From positions 7,094 through 71,093 of the forward strand of contig NC_069007.1 of the NCBI RefSeq assembly GCF_001194135.2: a stretch of DNA of 64,000 bases, given 5' to 3'. The translations under genes were made by a program, and so were the position numbers. The first letter of the stretch is position 1, and each line of letters opens with the position of its first letter. The stretch is from Octopus bimaculoides (Eukaryota). Below, one piece after another: positions 12,582-23,241 of this stretch. Below the pieces are notes generated by a model. It did not search any database. It worked only from the letters and a program-made list of their open reading frames with translations, and had not been told where the DNA came from.

Positions 12582-12771
12582 GGATTTTCATGGATTTCGA
12601 CAATATTTTTTTTAAAGATTTGTCCCAACGTTTTTAAGCGCGTATTGCAAAAAAAAAAAAATCCCCAAAAGTTCGTCCCGGATGCTCCAGGTGGGGCTTA
12701 AATAAAGTTATAAATTTTCAAGCGCTTCTGAGACAAAAAATTAATAAATCCCGTCAAATCAGAGAAAATCC
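12582..12771. mobile_element. Short TIR element sharing termini with the 3525-4219 family
   Basis: Right end ccgtcaaatcagagaaaatcc; degenerate left end ggattttcatggatttcgac. Confidence 0.5.
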
Positions 12772-12844
12772 AACTTAATTTGGCGACTTATTCCAGGCCT
12801 CCGCACACCTTCTAAACATAGGGTCACACCCACAATTTGTCCGG

Positions 12845-12883
<39 letters not shown>

Positions 12884-12976
12884 GATCACCGAAATGATAC
12901 ACATTCACATAATACAGAAGATAAATCTACTCTAGTAAGTAAATATACATATATAATAAAACAGGAGATTAATGTC

Positions 12977-13115
12977 ATTACTTTACCATGAATATAGGCT
13001 TCATACCATGTAAAGAAATTTATCGATGAACGCGATTACAATGAAAGCCAAGACGTTCGCTGCGCGATTCTAATGGATGTGAAGCAAGGCAACATGTTTG
13101 CGCATGCGCATGAGG
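12977..13115 (-). promoter_or_regulatory. Putative promoter and first exon of ZNF-B
   Basis: Perfect TGCGCATGCGCA at 13099-13110; ATGGTAAAGTAAT with ATG at 12989-12987. Confidence 0.7.
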
Positions 13116-14010
13116 AAATAGCAGCAACAATTCTTGAAAGTCTCAAAAGTATTTTCTATCAATTTTGAGAAGATCGAAACTTCGATTGTTAATAATTAAC
13201 ATCCAAATAAACGGAATCGTGTTTCCAGTGATTCATAAGACGTGCTTGGACGGGATGCGTTGTTCTATCCATGTACTTTTACAATCAATAAACACATGGA
13301 TGTATTAAATTAATTCAAATAAAATTTAAATGAAGACATTCTATTCATATATATTTCGATACATGGAGATAAAAAAAACTGCGAATGTCAGTGTGTCACA
13401 CCTTTTCAACTTTATTCCTAGACACTGTAGCCCAACAGGCCGACTCCGAGAGTAAATTAAAAACATTTCCGGGCCGAATCATCAGGACCCGCAATCACGA
13501 AATTTTGAAGTCAAAAGTTTTAATTAATGCGATTGTTTTCGGCCCTTTTTTTTTTCCATGGGACCCGACGCGCGCACCCGCACAAACACGCACGATTAAA
13601 AAAGAAAGCCTCTACATGTTTGAATATGTGTAAATTTTCTGTACTCCCATCACACTGTTGAATCTGCGTTTTGCATTTTTCCAGTAACATTCAACTGAGT
13701 TTCTTTGGAGGGAAAAATATGGGAAAACAGGGGATGAATGTTTTCAGAACATTCTAAAACCTCTTTCAGAAGGGTTCACTTTTCTTTGACTACTTTTGAG
13801 TAAGATTTTATTTCAAAATTTGTTTTAGTTTCACTTTTCGCCTAATTTTGCTTAGATTGCTTTCATTTTTGGTGTATCGATACAACTCTGATTTTTGATT
13901 ACGATCAACCAATTACTTTATCTCGTAAATCAAAGAATCTGATGTTATTTGGAATTAATTATAGTTGGGTAATTTTAGCCAATCAACAGACAGCGTGGCA
14001 TTAGCAGCTT

Positions 14011-14024
14011 GTTACCATGACAAC
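14011..14024. promoter_or_regulatory. RFX X-box-like motif
   Basis: GTTACCATGACAAC, two mismatches from GTTGCCATGGCAAC, in a locally CpG-rich patch (13980-14170). Confidence 0.4.
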
Positions 14025-15334
14025 AGGATGCTGTGTTGTGGTTCGCTTCACTGTTGTCTGCGACTTCGTGGTTCAATTCACGGTTGCCTCTGACGCACGT
14101 TGTTCGATGTTGATTTATTACAATTGATTCCTCACACCACGGGATTCTTTTCACCCGCGTGTTTTGTTTCAATTTGTCTATGTTAGTATTTTTCTGTATT
14201 TATTTTTATCGTAGTTTACAAATCCAAGCATGAAAACATTACACAACTTTAGAGTTTGGGAGACAGATGCCCTCTTTTCACATCCACGAACTTATATATT
14301 AATGATATGTATAAACACATGGCTGGTATACATAATACTGAAATACGCATAAAGTAAACACATGCAGACAAATATATTAATATAACAATTTTTTTAAAAA
14401 TACAATCAATGAATGAGAAAGACTAGATCAAGATAATACACCGTTTTCGGATATTCTCAGAGAGAACAGTGTTAATTTTCTGAAATAGTGTTCTGAATAT
14501 GTTATAGTGATGTAGTTTTTGTAAAGAAAAAAATTGTTTTCACAAAGTCTAAAATGCAATGAATATACATATAAGTATGCGTGTGTGTGTGTGTGTGTAA
14601 AACGAGTCACACAAGCAGTGTCACTCATTTCCAACGTGTATATGATCTTATGTGGCAAAATAGATTCAGAGACCACGGAAAAGCTATAAACACATTCAAT
14701 GCATCTTATACATGTCATAAGAATATAATGAAATTAAGGAATTTCATTGTCGTCAACTACCGTTTCTATCGCAATTTACTTTCACCTTTTTCTCAATACC
14801 AAACTGCACATGAACAAACGACACGCTCCTAAACTTTGAAGAAAGCAACTTGGTGGGGTACTCAAAAGTAGTTATAGCCCTTCATTGATAATTCCTCATG
14901 CATGCGCAAACATTTTTATTGATCAAAATCAATTTATTGTTCCAAGAGTTTCTCAAAGGCATCTCAATTATGAAAATGTAAAATTCACTAAAAATATTTT
15001 ATACATGGACTTCGATTGTCTAACTTTCTTGCCTGTAGTTTATTGATATTTTGATTTAATTTTGTTTTACTTTATGTTAATTCTTTGTGGAATATCATCG
15101 TTTAACGTCCTCTTTCCATGCTAGCATGGGCTGAAATGTTATGAAACAAAATTTTTAAAGCTTCTGGTTCTTCATGTCGACTTTGCTTCTCTGGTCGTTC
15201 AGTGACCCCATCCAAAACTCAGGAGTAAAATTCCTCAAACTTGTTGTTCTTGATATGAATCAATTATTATTTTTTTTTTTTTGGAGTTCTCAACTTAACA
15301 AATACATCTTGAAATGTCAAGCAAACTTTTTTGA

Positions 15335-15775
15335 GGTATTGAAAGTGAGGTTGTTTCTGGCAACAGTGAAGTCTGCTCTTCTATACGGGGCTGAAACATA
15401 GACGCTCACTGAATCATCGAAGAAGCAGTTGGACGGTTGTTATACGAGGATGCTTAGAATGGCACTCAATGTCTCCTGGAAGAGTCAAGCAACAAACGCT
15501 GACTTATACCAGGGACTACCAAAAGTAACATTGAAGATACAGCATAGAAGGATGAGGTTAGCTGGACACTGCATCAGACACACCAATGAAACTGCTAACG
15601 AGCTAGTGCTCTGGCAACTAATGGAAGGAAGAACCAAGAGAGGAAGGAGAAAGATGACCCGTATCGACAACTTGCTGGAAGATACTGATATGGAATGGGT
15701 ACAGGAGCTGAGGACCATCATGGAAGATCGAGATGAATGAGGGAAGTGTGTGGAAACAGTCTTGAGGCATCCTAG
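15335..15775 (+). mobile_element. RTE-type LINE 3' fragment
   Basis: LLYGAET*TLT...DGCYTRMLRMALNVSW...RRMRLAGHCIRH...GRRKMT. Confidence 0.85.
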
Positions 15776-15829
15776 ATAGATATACAATTAATAATCACAT
15801 TTTAAATATTCCTCGAAAGTTCAGAAAAT

Positions 15830-16400
15830 GTGCAGTTGGCATTTTTCTTCAGGAAATCTAAATGTGATCTTATACAATCATCATATTCTGCTCTCTATGA
15901 ACGGAAAATGATGATTGAAAATTTCGCTTATTATTTGATTCTTCTATTTCACTGTGTTCTCGAAATGGTAATTCTTGACAAGCTAACATTTCAATACAGT
16001 GAGTTAATCATTTCAATATATCATGACTTGTTTATGCAACTTTCCCAGAGATCAATTGCAATATCAATTTGTTGTCAACCAAAGGTTTACAGAGCAATGA
16101 CAGAATTCACAAGGTTCTGAGATTTCTTGTATTTTGCCAGAGCTGTAAACAAATTGCTCAAATCACAGTAGCCAGTAGTTATCCATGGCTTCTTATGTTG
16201 ACAAAATAACAGACATGGGGAACAAAACAATTTGTTTCGTATGGGACAGCTTGTCATCCACTCATATTGTTCAAAATAACGATGACATTTCTTGCTACTT
16301 ACTTTAGTTTTGATTTTCCAATTCAAGATTTGGTTTCTCTCTTCCAAGAAAAATAATCTTTTTCTCTTTGAAGCTTCTTGTTACAAAAGGTCGCGAAAGT
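15830..16400 (-). mobile_element. hAT transposase remnant (TTF-type zinc finger plus DUF4371-like region)
   Basis: YEWMTSCPIRNKLFCSPCLLF...W...G; downstream LACQELPFREHSEIEESNNKRNF resembles the LAxQxLAFRGH motif. Confidence 0.75.
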
Positions 16401-17379
16401 CGAGAGGAAGCAGAGTCAATTGACACTGTTGCGATTTTGTGGGTAAATGACATTCTTGAAAAATGCTATTGGATTTTAATTTTGTTTTTTATTTTGATGA
16501 ATCAACACAAGTCTAGCTAGGAATCTAATAACAAAATTAGAATCTAGTTTACTTATTTATGTAAATTTCTTAAAAATTATTTTAAAAGCATTGGAATTAA
16601 TAAATGGATAAAAATGTTACCTTTTAACCACAAAATCAAATTCACTAATGAATTCTGGATAGTGGTCACATGATTAAATTCCATGGGGTAATGGTGACTT
16701 TTGACCCCTGAATAGGCAGTTAAGAAAATAAGCAGGAACAAGAATTGTATTACTCCCTATGTTTTGACCCTTTTTTTCTCTTTTCACTCCCTAAAAGACA
16801 GCAGGCAAGTTGTCTATCTTTTGAATTCTCCAAAGGAATGCAAGTATATTTGCTTTCTTTAGCGGTCCTACAATGCCAATTTTTTTAATTAACAGCTGCT
16901 GACCAATTCAATTCCTTCTGTTTACAGAGGCGTTCTCTTGTACACTGAGAAGCAAATGGTTTTCTGCATGCTGTGTCTGTTCGGAGACCAGAAGTCCTAA
17001 TTCATTCATGCGACCACTTCCCAGGGGGAAATGAAAAAAGAAACAAAAATCCATTGGAAAATTAAGGAAAGTTAAAATTATCAATAATTAATTTTACATG
17101 AAACAAAACTTTATTTATCCTAGAAAAGAAGGCATGCAACGCATACATGGACACCACATGTCTGTAGCGGTGACCACTTCCCAGCACCCGCCATCATCAC
17201 CACACATACCCCTATATGAGCAGTGACACATTAGAGGCACACACTTACTCACCCAGACTTGTCAAAAACTGGCCCCTATTCACACACACGTTCCTTCAGT
17301 TGGGAGGTGGGGGCACTGTGACTTTATTATCGACCTTCCTTCTAAACTCTTCTTCCAATCAGTTGCCATGCTTGATTAC

Positions 17380-17530
17380 TAAATCTGCAGGGTTTTTTCT
17401 TTCATTCTCTCTTATTCCCCTCTGTTGAAGAGCATAGGTTTGAAACATAAAAGACTTTTTCGTTTTTTTATATTCCCAAGTGTCAAACTTAATACACCTG
17501 TCTTCATTTTTTGTTTTTCTATAAATTTCA
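17380..17530 (+). mobile_element. Penelope-like terminal repeat fragment
   Basis: ctgttgaagagcataggtttgaaacataaaagactt; homologous copy at about 33540-33720. Family assignment is from recalled similarity only. Confidence 0.45.
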
Positions 17531-17659
17531 TCTATATACATATGTATATTTGTGTGTGATATTCTATAAGATGTTTCGTAGAATTCGTTTTGACAACGAT
17601 AAGGTTATTCTTCTCTTTTGCAATTAAGAAACATTTTTTAATTTCGTTTTTTTTGGAGT

Positions 17660-17960
17660 GATTTACAATTGATATCACATGAGTGTTATAGTTTCCCTCT
17701 TGTATGAATATAATATGTGTGTAGTGGAGTGACTCCCTCTTGAGTGTGATTTACCACAAATATCACATTGACATGGTTTCTCTTCATCGGTGCATTTGTG
17801 GCTGGTGAAGATATCTCCATCAGAGCAGCATTAATCAGATATCAGAGTGATATAGCCTTTCCATGAGAGATTTACAACAGTGATCCAGTATGAATGTGTT
17901 TCGTTGTAGTATTTCAGTGAGAAAATGATTTTCTACAAACACAGTGCAACTTGTTCCTCT
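17660..17960 (-). pseudogene. Decayed zinc-finger repeats downstream of the ZNF-C stop
   Basis: The minus strand reads EKPCQCDICGKSH and IHTRGKL*HSCDI, with stops and indels. Confidence 0.7.
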
Positions 17961-18139
17961 TATTTATGAGTAGTGGTGTTACCTTTTTATTTTGAGGATG
18001 ATTTTTTTTACATGTAAGACATTATGACAATGTAACATTCTTTTTACAACAGCAAAAACCAATCCTTTTATGTTATCTTATTTTGAGTTTAGCTAAGTTC
18101 CCAATCTGAGCAAACATTCTTTCCAAATCTATCGAAATA

Positions 18140-19660
18140 TTATGGCAGCTCTCCAGGGTGACTAAGTTTGTGTTTTTTTAAGAACCGATTTTCAGAGAAT
18201 GATTTACCACAGATATTACAGTGATAGGCATGTTCTCCTGTGTGATTAAGCCTGTGTTTTTTTAAGAAACGATTCTCTGAGAATGATTTACCACAGATGT
18301 CACAGTAAAAAGGTTTCTCGCCTGTATGAGTTCGTTTATGAACTTTCAAGTTACTACTTACAGTAAATGTTTTACCACAAATATCACAATGATATGGTGA
18401 ATCTCCTGTATGAATGTACATATGTCTATTTAAGTTACTAGCTATAGAAAATGATTTACCACAGATATCACAGCGATGTGGTTTCTCTCCTGTGTGAATA
18501 CGTTTGTGTTGAATTATGTTACTTTCAATAGAAGATGAATAACCACAAATATCACAATGATATGGTTTCTCTCCAGTATGAATGCGTGAGTGTTTTTTTA
18601 AGGTACTTTTTACAGAGAATGATTTACCACAGATATCACAGCGATATGGTTTCTCTCCTGTATGACTGCGTAAGTGATTGGTTAAAGCTCTACTTTGAGA
18701 GAACGACTTACCGCAGATATCACATTGATGTGGCTTGCCTTTAGCATGAATCTGTTTGTGATCACATAGGACACTTTTATCAGAGAATGACTGACCACAA
18801 ATGTTACAGTGAAATGGTTTTTCTCCAGTATGGATCAGTTTATGTTTGGTAAAGGAACCCCTGAAGAAGAAAGATTTCCCACACATATCACAGTGATAAG
18901 GTTTCCCTCCTGTATGAACATATGCATGCGCATTCAAGGCACTTCTTTCGGAAAAGCCATCACCACAGACATGGCAGCGATAAGGTTTCTCTCCTGTATG
19001 AACATAGCCGTGAGCAACTAAAGCACATTTCTGAGAAAATCCATCACCACAAATATCACAGTAATATGGTTTCTTTCCTGTATGAATATACTTATGTGCA
19101 GCTAAGAGGTTGTTTTGACAGAATGATTCACCACAAATGTCACAGTGATATGGTTTTTCTCCTGTATGGGTCCGTACATGTTGTGCCAAAGTATACGCTT
19201 GAGAGAATAACTTATTACATACATCACATTTGTATGGTTTTTCTCCTGTGTGACTCGTTATGTGTCTAGTTAAGTGAATAATCTGAGAGAATGATATACC
19301 ACAGATATCACAACGATATGGTTTCTCCCCTGTATGAATACGTTTGTGTTTAGTTAAGGTACTTCCATCGGAGAATGAATTACCACAGATATCACAGTGA
19401 TATGGCTTCGCTCCTGTATGAACATAGTTGTGTCTAGCTAAATGATGTTTATGAGAAAATGATTTACCACAGATATCACAACTATATGGTTTCTTTTCTC
19501 CCGTATGCGTATATTTGTGGGAAGCCAAACTATCTGCACGCGAAAATGATTTACCACAGACATCACAGTGGTGGCATCGGTGATTAGTGAGTGTAAGAGC
19601 CTTAGAAAAGGACTTTTTACAGATATTGCAAGTGTATAATTTTTGCACTGTTTTTGCCAT
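18140..19660 (-). CDS. C2H2 zinc-finger protein ZNF-C (506 aa; 17 C2H2 fingers plus an N-terminal C2HC-type finger)
   Basis: Intact tandem array with TGEKPY linkers; the first five fingers are paralogous to those of ZNF-B. Confidence 0.96.
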   Translation of the reverse strand: MAKTVQKLYTCNICKKSFSKALTLTNHRCHHCDVCGKSFSRADSLASHKYTHTGEKKPYSCDICGKSFSHKHHLARHNYVHTGAKPYHCDICGNSFSDGSTLTKHKRIHTGEKPYRCDICGISFSQIIHLTRHITSHTGEKPYKCDVCNKLFSQAYTLAQHVRTHTGEKPYHCDICGESFCQNNLLAAHKYIHTGKKPYYCDICGDGFSQKCALVAHGYVHTGEKPYRCHVCGDGFSERSALNAHAYVHTGGKPYHCDMCGKSFFFRGSFTKHKLIHTGEKPFHCNICGQSFSDKSVLCDHKQIHAKGKPHQCDICGKSFSQSRALTNHLRSHTGEKPYRCDICGKSFSVKSTLKKHSRIHTGEKPYHCDICGYSSSIESNIIQHKRIHTGEKPHRCDICGKSFSIASNLNRHMYIHTGDSPYHCDICGKTFTVSSNLKVHKRTHTGEKPFYCDICGKSFSENRFLKKHRLNHTGEHAYHCNICGKSFSENRFLKKHKLSHPGELP

Positions 19661-19684
19661 GTTTTTACAAAAAGAATCATTCTT

Positions 19685-19874
19685 TTAACCCATTAATATT
19701 CAGATTGCTTTGTCAAATGCAATGCTTATTTATTCAGTTTTGAATTAATCATGCATTATATTGTAGCTTAAAACTTTCAATGGCGTGTGTGTTTATTTTT
19801 AGATGATACAGGCTGGATCTAAAGCAGAATATTTTGGGCCAGATATGGCTGGTTTAAACAACCTAAAGGGTTGA
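19685..19874. mobile_element. piggyBac-type MITE in the ZNF-C 5' leader
   Basis: Ends TTAA-CCCATT...CTAAAGGG-TTGA, a degenerate TTAA/CCCT..AGGG/TTAA signature; no counterpart in the ZNF-A or ZNF-B leaders. Confidence 0.6.
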
Positions 19875-20699
19875 GTGTCTCAAATATTGTTTCGATATTT
19901 TTTCTCTCACCATAATAAATTAATAGTTTTCAAATTTCTGCTTTTATAGTTCATGGCTAACAAATATTTCTTTTGCTATATTTCCATCATCTGTGATATC
20001 TGACACCATCCAAAGATGGTGCAAATTCCTTTGTAAATTTACCCCAAGTTTATAGACAGGTCTAAAGAAATAGTTTACCATCAGTTTACATGAAAAGGGC
20101 TTTATGTTTCTTCTGCATAAGGTTTTCCTTGAGTCTTGAGACGATAATAATGATGATGCTTCTGAATTTAAAGATTCTCTTCTGTCAATGTCATCTGATG
20201 TTCTGAAACAATAAACAAACAAAATAAGATATATGAGGTGCATTCCAGAAGTTTTGAGATTTTTTTTGAAGGAGAGTCAGTTATAACTCTCTTAGATTAT
20301 TTGTAATTTCAGTATATCATTACTATCAGTTGTTTGTTTAGCGGATTAGCGTTTTCACTAACTTTGGAAACCATTAGCAGACCAATCAGCTTCCGCTAAA
20401 TTTCGTTCTGCTAACAAAATTCAGACGTTTGTTCCTGTCTTGAAGAGTCCATCAGGCACACTATTGGCTGAATGTGTGTGTACACGTGAGAAGACGTGAT
20501 TGGTTGATGCAGCAGCATTGTGTAATTCTGCAGTCTTGAGTTCTGTTCTCTTATGATGTTGTCACATTACAGTGACAGTGGTGTACCTTATTAGCTTATC
20601 GAGTTATTGTTATGAGGACATTTTTGTTCAGCTTGAGGATGAAGGGCCAGTTTAGGAATCTGCAGTGGTTGTGGGTGAGGTGGAGAGCAAAAGAGTCTC

Positions 20700-21230
20700 A
20701 GAACACATGGCTCCACCTGGAGGACTAATTTGTCCTTACATCAAGGGATAAGAGGAATGCCAAAATACTGTATTTCCAGTGCATCATGTGCCAGTCCAAG
20801 GAGACCACCATCAAGGGACAAGTGGGGAGCCTCTACAACTTGAAGCTACATGTCAAGAAGAAACACCCAGTACATGCCATCCACTTTGAGGAGAGGATTC
20901 AGCTCTTCCCGTGGGAAACACAGACAATCTTTTGGTAGCAGTGCCAGTAACCAGTCGTTGCAGCCATGTGCAAAGAAAGCATGCCCGCCTAGCATTGGCA
21001 AGGCTTTGACCAAACTGCTGACATGGGCGTCCATCAATCTATGGTGGACAGAAAGATTGTAGACCTGTTTGTCGACAACATGCTACCACTGCATGGAGTG
21101 GAGTTCCCCATCTTTGTTGGCTTGATCAAGATGCTGAACCCCAACAAGACATCAATGTCCTACCACACCCTGAACAGGATGATCTTGGCTGGACATAAAC
21201 AGCTGGAGGAGTATTTTTCAAGGCATTTAT
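20700..21230 (+). mobile_element. hAT (Ac-like) transposase remnant with BED finger
   Basis: CIMCQSKETTIKGQVGSLYNLKLHVKKKHP (BED-type finger), then DLFVDNMLPLHGVEFPIFVGLIKMLNP. Confidence 0.75.
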
Positions 21231-21999
21231 ACCACACAACCACACCTGCATCCTGTAGGAGAAATTATGATAAACATGTTTATATCATTTGTTACCCACG
21301 TATGTTTCACCGTTGTGGTTGTGCAGTGGAACCACACAGCACTGGAAATGCAACTGAAATGCAATTAGGCAGAATTCTGCTTCAAGTACACAGAAACCTT
21401 TCGCGAATGTCTGTTCTACACATGGGAATTCAATTATGCAAAACAAAAAGAAATTAAAAAAGATTTTTTTGTGTGATTTAAGGAGGTATTTAGCTGTTAT
21501 TTTTTAGCACATCTCACAATAACCAAAATACACAACTCCTTTGTTTGTAAGTCTGACGTATTGATGTTTTTCAATATCTTTCTCGTCATAAACACATTGA
21601 ATAGTCTATTGATGAGATTTAATAAAAAAAAAATTCCGACTGTCCATATTTTGAAATTGATTAAAATTTTCTTTTTATTAGTCGTGTGAATTCCCGTGTG
21701 TAGAATACAAATTTGCAAACATTTTCTGAGTGGGTCGTATTTGGCACGTTTTACTGTCGAAGCTGACTAGTTTGCAGAATGCATTTAGGACATGAAGACT
21801 GTACGGAAGCTTGCTCTGCAATAGAGGTTGTTAGTTTAAAATTATGATAGAAAGAACAAATATAGGAAAAATTGCGATAAACATGTTTATATCATTTGTT
21901 TTGCTTGAAACCTGCACTGGATGTTCCGAGTGCATTTGGAGGCCACGACAGAGCATCAAGGGTGTTTTTTGTGGCATTAAGTGATGCAGTAAAGTATTC

Positions 22000-22549
22000 G
22001 GCACTATCATGCTATTAGCTGTCAGAAGTGAAAGTGCTCACTGCTAGTGAAGTATCTGTCTGTCTGCCTGCATGCCTGTTGCTGGCCTGTCGATTCTTTG
22101 GCTACTGACAGCTAATACCATGACTGGCCGGAGCGAGCTATATGTCTGTCTCTCTCTCTCTCTTATCTATCTATCTATTACTCGAAAGTTCGCGCGTCCT
22201 ATTATTTTTAAACTTCAAACTTCATTTGTTTTCTATTTTGATAAATTCTCTCTGTTGAAAATTATATTTTTTATATTTTAGATAATTTGCAATTTCAGGA
22301 AATATGTTTTTATATTAAATTTGTGTTTTCTACTCACGACTAGCTAGCGCGGACGCGCGAACTTTCGAGTAATAGATAGATAGAGAGAGAGACAGACAGA
22401 CAGACAGATAGCTCGCTCCGGCCAGTCATGGTATTAGCTGTCAGTAGCCAAAGAATCGACAGGCCAGCAACAGGCATGCAGACAGACAGACAGATACTTC
22501 ACTAGCAGTGAGCACTTTCACTTCTGACAGCTAATAGCATGACAGTGCC
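22000..22549. repeat. Long inverted repeat with 200-bp arms
   Basis: 22000-22199 is the reverse complement of 22351-22549 with only a few mismatches and a microsatellite length difference; 151-bp AT-rich spacer. Confidence 0.92.
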
Positions 22550-22682
22550 AAGTATTTCCTGGCTTGTCGTTGTCGTTAATCACTCGGAACATCCAGGGTT
22601 GGGGTTCACACCAAACACAGGAAGATAATGATATAAACATGTGTTTATAGTGATTTTTTTTTATACACAAATGTGTGTGTCT

Positions 22683-22760
22683 GAAGGTGCATGGCCTAGT
22701 GGTTAGGGTGTTGCACTCACGATCGCTAGATCGTGGGTTCAATCCCTGTGGCGTTGCCAT
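22683..22760 (+). mobile_element. tRNA-derived SINE head
   Basis: ggtgcatggcctagtggttagggtg...gggttcaatccc with A-box and B-box-like motifs; no acceptor-stem closure. Confidence 0.6.
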
Positions 22761-23241
22761 CACTTCGAGATCAGATGTGTGGTAACGGGTAAGGTCGATC
22801 CGATGAAGTGAGTGAGCTAATTAATGGACAGCACAATACATTTGATTACTGCAAACAAATCATTTGTGCAAAAACTGTTGGTGTGTTTATGTCGAGAGAT
22901 TCCACCACACACACACACACAAACAAACATACACACACACAAACATACAGACACACACACACACACCAAAGATCGTCAATTTTCCGCTGCAAAATCGTAA
23001 GGTAAACCATCTGAAATGTTTTTTTTTTTTTCATAAATAAAACGTGTATTTTCAAGTTATGGGGGGGAAACAAAAGTTTAATTACGCCTATGTATTATAC
23101 TAGAAGGATCTGCTGTAATTAAAAGGACCATTCTCCCCTTTCTGGAGAAAAGGGTCAAAGGGAGATGTCGCTTTCACAACAGAAGCAGTAAAGATAAGGA
23201 AAAAATAGAAAATAAATAGTATGAAACCGTGGATAAACAGG

